DNA of 64,000 bases from Chrysomallon squamiferum (Eukaryota; Animalia; Mollusca): the NCBI GenBank assembly GCA_012295275.1, contig CM022667.1:11656001-11720000 (forward strand). The letters run 5' to 3'. The position numbers were made by a program, and so were the translations under genes. The notes beneath the pieces are model-generated. The model made no database searches. It saw only the letters and a list, made by a program, of their open reading frames with translations, and was not told where the DNA came from. Shown here piece by piece: positions 32,201 to 45,000 of the stretch. The first letter of the stretch is position 1. Each line of letters begins with the position of its first letter.

Positions 32201-32380
32201 ATCATTATCTGTTTTTCTTGTCTTCTCCATTAAAACAATATAATAATGTGTTAAAGGATATTCTACATACAATCTATTTATATGTGTGTGTGTGTGGGTG
32301 TGTGTTTATCAAAGTATTATTTATTTGTTAATGTTTTATTTATTTATTCATTACATTTTTAATTCTGTTGGAAACAGGGA

Positions 32381-32416
<36 letters not shown>

Positions 32417-33802
32417 TCTTCTTATTATTATGATTATGATTGTTATTGTTATTGTTATTGTTATTGTTATTGTTATTATTATTATTATAAATACTCTGGA
32501 TAAATAGTTTGGAATTTTTATTTTATTTCTTTTGAAATATTTGAAATTGCTGATGAAAATTGTTTTGTAAATGTCTTTGAAATGGATATTTCATTTGATC
32601 CTCTTAAAACTTTTCTTTTAAAATTTCAGAAAATACTGAGTAACTTTGTCAACATTGAGATGGTATTCCATGCAAAAGCTCTCGAGTTGTACACAAAATG
32701 TTTTCAAAGTCTTAATGAAATTGACCCTGATAAGGATGTTGAGGTATAGAATAAGTTACTTTAGTGCTTTCTTTTTTTTTAAAATTATTATTATATTCCT
32801 TTTACTCTTCATAGTAACACCTTTCTTTTACATCTTCTATTGTATATTTTATACTGTTATCTTGGTGCATCATTCTCTTTATTTAAATGCTGAAGTTTGT
32901 ATTAGAGTTACTGTGGAATGCATGATCAGTCCTGGAATCAACCATCTTTGTCATACATGTACCACAGGGTTATCAAAGGCTATGGCATGTAGTTTCCTGC
33001 CTAGTGGAAGGTGAAAATTAAACTTCCCTTTTGCTAATCTGAAGGCGTAGCTAAGTTTACTCATCATCAGTAATACTTGAGCACTAAGCTCACATCATAC
33101 TGAAGCATCTTTCATCTACTCATTACATATTCCAGGAGTTCAAACAGAAAGTCCACCCCTCAGACTCGTCTTCAGCACGCATGATCTTAGCCAGATCTGC
33201 CTCCAACACCTCCATCAACTCCACCCCATCTGGGGGAAACACCCCTGGCAGTCAGCGCTCAGCATCCAATCAGAATTCAGTACAGACCACCCCCGCACCG
33301 ACGCCCGTAAACATGAAACGGAATTCATCAGCGCATTCGCAGCATCAAAACTCACCTGCAGCCACACCCCAGATCTTTCAGCAGAACTCAACCCAGGTGT
33401 CTCAGCAGAACTCAACAGGTCAGACAACACCAATAAAAGTGCAAACGAAATCACAGGTAAAATCAGCTTAGACACTTGTTACTGTGTTGAAGAATTTAAC
33501 ATCTTTAAAGTTAAAAATCGTTATTTTACGTTCTCTTAAAGTTTACAATAACAAAAATAATATATATATATATATATAAAAAAAATAGTTATAATAATTT
33601 TACAAGTTAAAGAATAAAAATGAGTTTTTAATTTAAACTGTATGTTTATTTTATATTTATATATTTATTTCAAGAAAATAAAATAATTATTTTGATAATG
33701 CAAAATAGTCCTAGTAGTTTCAATTTTTAATTTTTTTAAACGTCAGGTGTTTTCACTTTTATTTCTGTTTCTAATGTTTAGGTGTTAGAAGATGATAGCG
33801 AA

Positions 33803-33834
<32 letters not shown>

Positions 33835-33925
33835 CGATGACGAAGATGATGATGATGACGATTATGATGATGAAACAACAGAAGCAGAAACACCTCGGAG
33901 AACAAATAATCATAAAAAAGTTTGA
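29215..33925 (+). CDS. CIBAR1: FAM92/CIBAR family BAR-domain ciliary protein, paralog 1, ~377 aa
   Basis: Exons 29215-29246, 29831-29946, 30129-30253, 30688-30756, 31160-31261, 31477-31482 (6 nt), 32076-32180, 32630-32743, 33136-33456, 33782-33925. Motifs YTRKTAHLRDKGD, IQDYRQAEVTRLEAKVVEPL, NPNDRQQISQAERELQKA, IEMVFHAKALE. S/T/Q-rich region and poly-Asp tail. Orthology to CIBAR1 versus CIBAR2 is not resolved. Confidence 0.95.
31262..31476 (+). other. U12-type (minor spliceosome) GT-AG intron followed by a 6-nt microexon (TCACAG, Ser-Gln)
   Basis: Donor GTATCCTT; branch-like TACCTTGAC about 10 nt before the AG; no polypyrimidine tract. Confidence 0.88.
32925..33050 (+). mobile_element. Degenerate SINE-like interspersed repeat in a FAM92 paralog 1 intron
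   Basis: CCACAGGGTTATCAAAGGCTATGGCATGT...CCTGCCT resembles CCATGA...AAAAGCCCTATGCATTACTCCTGCCT (~6160-6200) and CCACAAG...CACAAGTTCTGGTATGT (~54040-54070). Confidence 0.35.
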
Positions 33926-35240
33926 ACATTGAGAAATAAAATGATTTCTTTTTTAGCATTAATTTCATCAAAACATTTTCTGAAATCATATCAAACATCA
34001 GTTATATAAATAGATAAAAACAGTTGTTATCAAGTAATCATTTTTCATGACCTGGACATCTAATTATATCATTAAAAACAAAGTAATTTATTGAAAGTGT
34101 TACAATGCCCATTAATTTCATTTATAACAAGAATATGCATCTTCCACTGGTACTGTTGATACTTGCTTTTTTTAATAGTTTCTTTGGCAAGATAACTTTA
34201 GTCTTCTTCCATTCACATTCATATATGTGTGTGTATATATGGGAATTTTATGTTTTTGTTTTTTTTAAATTTATTTATTGCTTACCATGGCAACAGAATT
34301 GTGATTTCCAGTTCCACCTATGCTGTTAAAACAATTTGTTAAAGTGAGAAAATACATATTTCTGTTTATTTACGCAAAGTTGTTTAAGCCAGAATGGTAT
34401 AAAAATAACATAGTTATGTTTGCCTTTAATATTTTTATATTGTTAATACCGTGCTATTCCGTCCGTGTATTTGTAATATCTTTTTGTATAATAAGAATGT
34501 AGTATATGAGTAATACCTCAGTTCTTGAATGAACCCCAGAAGGGGAGTTATCCGACACTAAATTATACTAAACAGTCACATCCCTTCTCCTTTCCGTTTA
34601 GAATGTCTGCTCTCTGGAAAACATTTGCCCAGTTTTTATTTATTCCATCTGTTTATTGTGTTTAGAGTTTTTGTGTTATGAATTTATGCATGTACGTATT
34701 AATATGCAGATTTACATAAGCAATATGTTCACTTAAAAAGCTTTATCATTTGTAAATTTTGCTTTCTGGAATGGACTAACTTTGAGAACTGAGATATTGC
34801 ATTGTGTAAAACAGTTATTGTTCATTGTATATGAGGTTAACACCAACAAAATATAAATAAATGTACGTTTTTTTTTTTTTTTTTAATTTCAATTTTTCAT
34901 AACAAATACATATTTCTGTTTAAGCTGTCAGTTATATAAAGCATTTTGCAGTAAATGACAGGAATTCTTTTTTAAAGGAGATATGGATAGATGGGGGTTA
35001 TTTAAATGTTTCATATTTTCATCTTAATAATTCTTATATTTATTGAAACTCAGTTGTTTTTAATAAATAAAAGTTTCTAGTCAGAATAATTAATATGTTA
35101 TTAGACATAAATTGTTATATCACTGACATTTTGCAAGTGTTTATTAGATGCTTTGTAACAGAAAATATAAAATTGTTTTTAAGAAAGACTGTTGAAAATT
35201 GTATTTTATACATCTTTGATATAGTGTTATTATTATTAAT

Positions 35241-35279
<39 letters not shown>

Positions 35280-36374
35280 TTATTATTATTTAAGTTAAGT
35301 GTTGTTTCTTTTTTTTAAAACATTTCCATTATATCATTTTTTGTTTTTGTTTTTAGCTAGGCTGGGAATTTGTTGTTCTTTTAAAGCTTTTGTTGTAAAA
35401 TGTACTATTTCATAAACATTAATTTATTTGTTAATATGAACGACGTAATTACCTCCAGTGCCATTATCAAAAATATTTATTTAAAAAAAAAAAAATATAT
35501 ACAAAATAAGTCTGTTTAGATTTATGTACAGTTGTGTACATTGTATTATATTAAAGTAATAAAATGTAACAAAATACAGAATTGTTTGTTTTATTTATAG
35601 ATTAATTTGTTGAAAAGTACATAGGTGAGGTCTTGTATTCGAAAATAGTTAAGGTTTTAACATACTAGGATATTTTTATTTGGAATTATTAAAGCTGAAT
35701 AAATTAATGAAAATTTTAAATTGTTTTCTAGTTTAGCTTGACTTCATTATTAAACTGGCAAGAAAACATAAATAATCTGGAATTAAATGGAATATATTTT
35801 TTACACTTTAACCTTAAAACTGTTAATAACAAAGACAGCATATAATTTCTTCTCTATTTTATTATTCATTAAAAGGACGGAAATAATCATTATCACAATT
35901 ATAAAATGCATTAAATAATGATATTGTTTATATATAATACCGTTCATAAAATAAAAGCTACATAATATATATAAAATAAAATGCACAACAATGACTAACA
36001 AATGTGTTGATAAAAATTTTTTAAAATAACAACTAAAGATATAAATATTTATAAAATCTGTATAAACGAATTTACATTTTCAACAGTATTTATGTACAAA
36101 TTTATAAATCAAATCAAATTTTTAAAATAAAAACAAGCTTCTAAAAAATAAACATATACATAAATTATCAGAAAACAATTACAAAAGAAGAAACAAATGT
36201 GGAACCTTATTTAATGTAGTTTAATTAAATTAATGTTAAACAGCTATTAAATATGTATTACTATTCACAAAATGCCATTTATAACATTAATACAGAACAG
36301 CACAAATGGATCTAGAGTATATGAGATTATTATTTTATTATAAACTTTAATTAGCTGATTTAAAATAAAAAATA

Positions 36375-36437
36375 TTGTTTTATATTTCCTTATGGTATAT
36401 ATATATATATATATATATATAAGGAAATATAAAACAA
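36375..36437. repeat. Near-perfect 63 bp palindrome: 19 bp arms around (TA)n
   Basis: TTGTTTTATATTTCCTTAT (36375-36393) is the exact reverse complement of ATAAGGAAATATAAAACAA (36419-36437). Confidence 0.9.
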
Positions 36438-36639
36438 ATAATTCGAGGTGAAATTAAAGTATGACAGCACCAGTATTTTTTATTCAAGTTTCACCAAAAG
36501 CAGGCTGCCTGCAAGACATTATAACAAACTTAATTTCATTTCATTTCTTTCACTGCATAGTTTCATTTTGTAGGCATTTAAAAACATTATAATCATGAGA
36601 CTGAAATAACATTTGTATCCTTGATTTATGTCTGAAAAC

Positions 36640-36940
36640 CTGAGATTCAGTTAAGAGAAATATTATATATAAACACAGGTAATAAAAAAATATTACCTGG
36701 AATACACAGGTAATAAAAAATATTGCCTGAGACACACAGGTAATAAAAGATTTTATAAACATATTACTTGAGATACACAGGTAATAAAATATTACTTGAG
36801 ACAACAGTTAATAAAAATATTACTTGAGGTAATAAAATAAATTAACTGAGACATAGGTAATAAAATATATTACCTGGAATACATAGGTTATTAGCTGAGA
36901 TTCACAGGTGATGAAATATGTAACACAAGGTATACAGATA
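36640..36940. repeat. Minisatellite, ~30 bp unit, each unit a hairpin CAGGTAATA-(A)n-TATTACCTG
   Basis: About 9 degenerate copies; a perfect one lies at 36676-36699. Confidence 0.85.
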
Positions 36941-37064
36941 AAGATATACATTTTTACCTTGACTGGATCAAACTCTGGAAGACAAGTACTTTATGTTCTT
37001 CTGGAATCAAAAACATCATTACTGTCCAGATTAGAAGGTGCTGGTCATAATTTCACACAAAATT

Positions 37065-37450
37065 CTATCAGCAGTTTTAAATAACTGAATTTTCCATTTA
37101 AATATCTACATGATTTATGAATATTTTAAAACCGGATACCCAACAGAGCAGTATTTTAAGACTGGGTGTGAAAGAACCCAGGCAAAGAAAATTTTAAGAT
37201 GGGATATCAAAGCATCCAGAGAAGCAATATTTTAAGACTGGACATTAAAGCACTCAGTTAAAATTATATTCCAACACAGGATGTGAAATAGCCAATAATG
37301 CAATATTTTAAGATTTTATGTTAAAGTATGCAGTGTAATAACATTTTATGGCCACATCCAAGTGCAATATTTTAAGTCAGCATATCAAAGCACCAAATAA
37401 AGCAGTATTTTAAGACTGGATATTAACGTATTCAGTTATGCAATATTCCA
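37065..37450. repeat. Degenerate minisatellite, ~38-40 bp unit (GCAATATTTTAAGACTGGATATCAAAGCA...)
   Basis: The core GCA(A/G)TATTTTAAG recurs at ~37148, 37224, 37300, 37364 and 37402, with weaker copies between. Confidence 0.8.
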
Positions 37451-38101
37451 TGAAAAGCTCAAACATTATGAAAATAAAATTAATTAATTAATCATAAATA
37501 AATAAATAAATAAATAAACACATCAGAGTTATTAAGGTTTATAAAAGTTCTTTCTTTTCTTTTTATATTTCATGAACATGTTATAAAAAAGGAGAAATTT
37601 AGGTTTTAAATCAAGAACTGAAGTGATTTGCATATTACATTAAAAACTGTATCATTTCAGTTTCACATTTAAAAATAGAATATTATTTTAATTCTTCCGA
37701 TTTAACAGGTCATTTTGTTATCTTGATATCCTTCATCATTTATAATTCATTAAACTATTATATTCACTCGTATTATGTATTTAGTTAATTAGTTACATCT
37801 AAAAAAAAATACATTCCTTTAATTTAATATGCATTCTGTAAATGTGATTTATGTATGATTTATATTATCTGAATTTTTGTTTATGTACATTAATTTGTGT
37901 ATAAATTTAAATTATGTTCTAAATTTACTAATTTTCTATTTCTGACAGTAAGTAACAAATTAATATGTGTGTTGTTTTTTTAAATGTTATTTTTAATTAA
38001 AAAAAAATTAAAAATCATATTCATAATAATAAAGGGATTGAGTCAAACTGACTCAAGGAATGTATTTTCAACAAATCAAAGAGGTTTCCAGGATCAACCA
38101 A

Positions 38102-39118
38102 TCAGGTTCTTGGAGTTTTTGGTTTCTGTTGACAATTAACATCATCATCATCATCATCATCTTCATCTTCATCATCGTCGTCATCTTCATCATCATCATC
38201 TCCATACATTTTCTACATTACAAAACAGTGAGAAGTTAATAACAAAATAAAATCCAATTTCAAGGGTTTTGTTTTTCTCTCTCTTTATCTTTTTTTTTTT
38301 TTTTTTCTTTGTTTCACTCGCCATAATTTACAAAATTCCTAAAAAGATATTATAATGGTTATTAATTCAATTATATTTATGTACTGACCATGAAAATTTA
38401 TATTTATGTTAATTATAAGAAAAACAAAATGTAAAATGTACCACTCTGCTTTCAGACTTGTTACAAAACATTACATTTACATGATTATAAAAGATATTAT
38501 TTTATAAAGAAATAACAATAATTTATTTAAAAAAAAAAAGAATTAAACCAAAAAAAAAGACTAAATTCTGTTAAACATTTCTAGAAATTAATAATTTTAT
38601 GACCTGTAATTTGAGATTTTTTTCTTCTAAATAGTCAGATGTAAAATAAATAAATAATTTTCCTTAAAAATGAGTTAATAGAAATTATTTTATCTGTCAT
38701 TTCAAAAATTGTTATTTAATATTACAAGTGACTATAGTAACAGTTAGAAAGATCAAATACTAACATTTTCAAATTGATTATTATTTTTTTTTTTTTTTTT
38801 GAAAATAAATGAAGGAGAAAAATCATGATTACAAGGTTAATATTCTCACTGCTGGTAAAAAAATAAATGAAAATAGGTAAAGTTTATTTTCTATTTTCAT
38901 CACTTCTGATGAGTAACTGACTAGTAAAATCTTGAAAATGATTTTGTCAGTGTCACACAAAACTGTATAATAATGTGCTATAGAAAACTGGCTTCATGTA
39001 TATTAATAATATTTATAAATATATGAATATTACTGAAAAAATATGCAAGCAAAGAAAAAGCTAATGGATTATTTCAAACTTGAAAATGATGTTACTCTTA
39101 ATCTCACACACACACACA

Positions 39119-39157
<39 letters not shown>

Positions 39158-39311
39158 CAGACAAATACACATACACATACACATACACACCAGTATATGA
39201 AAAAACACATAAAAAAAAACTACATACAAATGTATACAAAATTTACAGATACATACATACAAAAATACCTTATAGACCATCACACATGTATAAACACATG
39301 CACACACACAC

Positions 39312-39354
<43 letters not shown>

Positions 39355-39653
39355 TCACACATATTTTGTGTACAGACAAAAGCAATCACACATACATTGT
39401 GACAGACTCAATCAAAACAATGAAATATTGTTATGACTAGTACTGAATTATTTCAGACAGTGAAAATAAAAAAATGTTATTAGTGAATAACAGTTCTGTT
39501 CCATGCTATAAAACTAACCAAAAAGTGAAATAAAATGTAAGTACAGTCTATATGAAAATAAAAAAAGTAAAGTAAATTAGTTAAATCTATATTTATTTAT
39601 ATTATATTTTACCATAACTGTACATTATATACTGCAAAAAAATATATTTATAA

Positions 39654-39688
<35 letters not shown>

Positions 39689-40009
39689 AAGAATTCATGC
39701 TGGCTGTGATAAGGTTTACAAAGTGGTTATATTTTTATAGATATATTTAAACTGTATTAGTGATATATTAATTCTGAACATGGTCTATTTTGTGGTTGTT
39801 GTTATTACTTTTTTAATACCTATAATAACTCGCTAATTATACTAATTTAAACAATTACCTTTTAATAATTTTTATTTTTTACATACCATGCCAATCTTTT
39901 ATTAATGATTTTCAGCTCTTATTAGTAAACCCTTTTTTCAGATTATTTTAATTCTTTTGATTTTTAAAAACGTAGCTGTATTATATTAGCAAAAAATGAT
40001 GTCACTTTT

Positions 40010-40046
<37 letters not shown>

Positions 40047-40194
40047 ATAAGATCAAACTGACTAAAGTTAAAAAATTAGTTTTCTACACTATTCACGCAA
40101 TGATTAACTAAAGCTAGTTTTAAAAAGGCTAATTTCTCTCAGTCATTTAATGGTGGAACTAAACTATTTCTTCTTCTGAATAATAATAATAATG

Positions 40195-40247
<53 letters not shown>

Positions 40248-40567
40248 CAGGACAATGTCAAAACTTAGTGTAGAGATGAGACTGAGCTGCCACATTTTCA
40301 CTCTGGAATTTGAAAATTAGAGTTACCCACCTTTAATGTCATCAAATATTCTTTATATGTCTTTAACAAAAGATGAGTTTATTATGTTGTCTGCTACGTA
40401 GAATTGATAACAGGATATGCCTATTGTTAAAAATATAATATTAAGGATGATTTGAATAAGTCAACATTTTAGAATTTCAAGCTGACTTACAAATGAACAT
40501 TTAGGAAGGTTTATGAACATAAGACTTTTCTTTGTATATTTTTCTATTTTAAATTTCATTTGAGCAT

Positions 40568-40624
<57 letters not shown>

Positions 40625-42026
40625 TTAGTAAATAAATAATCTATTTCAAATATGTAAATAATATTGTCTCAGATGCATTTGGCATAAATATTTCTATCTA
40701 TATTCTGTTATAGATTAACTTATGGTAAAAAAAAAAACAATAATTTTAAAAGAAAAATGGAACAGAACTGTTAAAAATGTGATTTCATACCTGAAAGTCA
40801 TCTGTCTCTGAATCCTGGTCAAAAACCACAGTTTAGTCAAAATTAATTATATTGGATTTTAACTTTTTTTTTTTTTTTCTTTCTGGAATTAATGTCTGAT
40901 TGTGACAGAAATAGGCACAGACACACAGACAAAGAATCAAATTAAGAAAGACAAAAGACAAATTAAGAAAATAAATTCAAGATGAACAATGTGTAAAATT
41001 AAATAAAAGCGAAAGTTTTACTCATTTAAAAAAGAAGAAGTTCAATAATTAATAATAATAACAATAATATTAATATTGTTCTTGAAACAAAACAGATCAC
41101 AGATTTAAATAATTTTACTTTTAATACAATTATTCTTCTTCACTAATTCATTATGTCTTTATGATATAAATTTAAACTTATATTCAAGTAATATATAATG
41201 CAATATCTCTAGCAAAATCCCTAGCAATACACCTAGCAAAATACACAATAATACACCTAGCAAAATACCTAGTAACATGCCTAGCAACATAAATGTATCC
41301 AAGAGTGGCCTGAACAAAACGCACATTCTTTCTTACTTTAAACAAGATGGTCATAAAAAGGCAAAACCTCAGTCTGTTGAGAATTGTCGTCAACATCTGA
41401 CACCTACACAAACATGTTTTCAGTTTATTTAGTACTCTGAGTTAAACAGAAACTACTCTTATTTCCATCTCTAATGATTGAGAAAATTTAAGAAATTAAA
41501 AATTGTGGGTCAACTTTCCAACAAAAGCAGAAAAAGGTAAAAACTAGATGTGTAAAAACATTTCTAGCAATGCAATATTTAAAAATTTGATTTTTTGGTT
41601 GTTATTCTTTTTTCTGTTATTTTTTATCTTTTGTTTCCCAATGTTTTTGATGAAAGGATAATTCCTGACATAATTTTAGTCTACAATTACATATTGAAAA
41701 TTTACACATAAATAGAAAAAAGGATTTTGATGCCACCATACAGTCCATATCAGTCTCAGATGTTTCTGTTTTAAGGACGCATGGATAATGGAGGGGTTTT
41801 AGGGGGGGTTTCATGTGGTTCCTCTGCTACCCAAATGACTTACTTCTGCAGAAAATATATTTTAATTATCAAACACTGCACGTCATGAATTATAATATAA
41901 CTACATTATAGTTTCACTTTTTTTCCTTTTTCAACATAATTACATTTAGAAGGAAATGAAAAACAAAAAAAAAAAAATAAAATAAAATAAAATGAAACAA
42001 AATAAAATAAAACAAAATGAAATAAA

Positions 42027-42083
<57 letters not shown>

Positions 42084-45000
42084 AAAATAAAAATAAAAAA
42101 TAAAACAAAATAAAATAAAATAAAACAAAACAAATAAAACAAAAAGAATAAAACAAAACAAAACAATCAAATCAAATCAAAACGAAACAAAACGAAACAA
42201 GAAGAAAATGGAATAAATAACATACAAACAACAGAAAATCAAGGTGAGGAGTTTGAAAGTAAGACTCACGCTCTCTATTCGGATCTTGGGTATTTTCTCT
42301 GCGGAGCTGCTTGGCTTGTTAGACTGCTCTGAGGATGTTTGGAACGGGTTAGTTTGTTCCGTCGAGAGCATCGTTCCAGTGGTCACTGGTAGCTGCATAT
42401 CTTGTAATCCTGTTATATCACTCAGTGTGCAGTTGAATTGCTGAAAACAAATAAATTAATTAATTAATTAATTAATTAACTAACTAATTAATAAAATTAA
42501 TTCATTAAATAAATCAGTTAATAAATAAATAAATAAATATATAAAACAAAACAAAACAACTAAACAAAATAAAATAAGAAATAAAGAAACTGAAATGGAT
42601 TCAACTGAAAAAGATATTTATAAAAGAAATACAGAAAGAAAAAAAAAAGTGAAAATATTTACTTAAATACCTTTCAAGTACAAACACACACACACACACA
42701 CAATACATATCATTCTGGGACAGAAATGTACTTACTTCAATAAATTTGAAGCTACTGTTAACATTAATTAATAAATTTTTAGACCTTAAAAGACCATTTT
42801 GAAAACACATTTCATTTATTAAATAAATACACTGTTGTTATGTAAGAACTATTATGTTTTGATGTATAATGACAACAAAATCAAATACACATGAATCTAT
42901 TGCTGTCAAAAATAGTGAATTGAGAAATAAAACTGTTAATTTTATTTAATTTTTATATTATATAAAAAAATTAAAAAATGTTTTAAGATATCAGCTTTAT
43001 CCTGACGCAGCTCACAAAAGCCTCACATAATCATGTCATTGTTACGTTCGCAGAATGAAGCTGATACCTTAAACAGTAATTAGTGACATATATGCTTATA
43101 CCCACATCTAAATCAGCTTTTTCATCTATCATTGAAATATCTTCAAAGCATTTGCCCAAGAACTCCAATGCTCTAGCATGGAAAAGCATTTCCACTGTTA
43201 CAAATTCCTTCAGAATTTTCTGAAATGTAAATTATATAATTATTAAATCATCTGAATTTAAACTATAAGGCAGAATATATTCAATAGTGTAAATATTCTT
43301 GAGACAGCTTTGATTTGAACTTTTTACATATTGATATTTGATATTTTTTACAACTTATTTATTTATCAGTTTATAGTTTTTCGAATAAATATACTTTTAA
43401 CAGTTTATATTATTATAATAATTAATATATAATTAATATAGGCTAATAAATTAATATATGCTAGTAAATAATCATTCATTTGCTTTGGGTTTTTTAAAAA
43501 TTAAAGTATATTAACAACTTATTAATAATTTGTTCAACTGCTGTTGTCTTTCTTGTTTTTTCATAAACTGAACTGTGAATCCAAGATAACTATTTGCAAA
43601 ATTTCTTTTTTATTCCAAGCTTTAATCTGAATTTCTGCTACTGTGTTTTCAAATTACACAGAAACAAATTAATTTGTAAATAAATACTTCAGATACCTTA
43701 AGATCAAAAAGTTTTTTCTTTTCAAAATTTTCCATTGCATTTTCAAGCTCTTTGCGGTGTAAGACTGCTTCCTGTTTAGCATGCTCATATTCTGACTCTG
43801 CCTAGATTTTTTTTAAATTTAAAATATATTTCACTCACAGATAAAAAATAGTTTAGTTATAATTTCTATAATTTCAGCAACATTAGAAAAATAATTGTTT
43901 TGTAAAATCATTTTGGATAACAGTTGATGATAATATTTAGTAAGTACATATTGTTATGTATAAGTTAGTAAATATGTAATCCAGATTAGAATAAATAAAT
44001 GAATGATTTGTTTAATAAATTTAAAAAAAACGAGGAAAAAACTAAATTAATAATAAGTCCACCAAACAAACATAAAATGGAAAAGAAAAACATATTATAA
44101 CATTTAATTTTACGTTTTAACAAAAAAAAAATGAAATGAAATGAAATAATATTTTATATACATTTTGTTATTATTATTATGATTATTATTATTATTTAAA
44201 AAACAGCTGTTCTCAGGCTGGTGTCAGAATCACCTCCAGGAATCATCTCACAATTCTTACCCGTGCCTGGCAAAGGTTAAAGAAAACAAAGCATCTATAA
44301 ATAACTCTAAATAACATTTTCTTAAGTAACTGAAATGGTGTTATAAATTAGGATAGATAAAGATTGTAAAAATGATATCTGAATCTCAGCAAAAACATAA
44401 ATAATATATACAAATATATAAAACAAACAAACAAATAAATAAAAAATGTGAGTGTTTAACACCTACTTAAAAACAATATTTATCTGCCAGTGAAACATTA
44501 TCTATCATAAATCTTGTCAACAATCAGAGAATGATTACAATATACATTTAATTAAATACAATACACTTTGTTCAGAAGAAAGTTTTATGTTACATTCTGA
44601 AACTGAAACTGTAAAAATATTAACGTGCTAATCAGAGCAGAATAATGTTACTTTTAAAGTTGGAAATAATATATGGGATTCTGTAAGACTTTTCAGTGGT
44701 GGTAACAATAATCAGCATATCCGTCATTAATTCCTTTTATAAACATTGTGGAATTCATCAGTCTTTAGTATTTCTGACACAATAGTCAAAAAGATACGGT
44801 TAACATTCTGTCTCCCTTCAGTCTCATTTTTGACAGCTTTTCTCTTGCCTTGTCTTCTTTCACCAGTGCTGACATGTTGGTTTTGATCTTTGACTGAAAC
44901 AAAAGACTAACTATTGGCACCATAAATCATTTTAACTGATTCAATATCTGAAAATTAATATCTATATGTTTATTAAATTTGTTGCTTAAAAATGTCTATC

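Noticed and set aside
33771-33998. Poly-His ORF on the minus strand
   Set aside because: It is the antisense shadow of the (GAT)n poly-Asp exon of FAM92 paralog 1.
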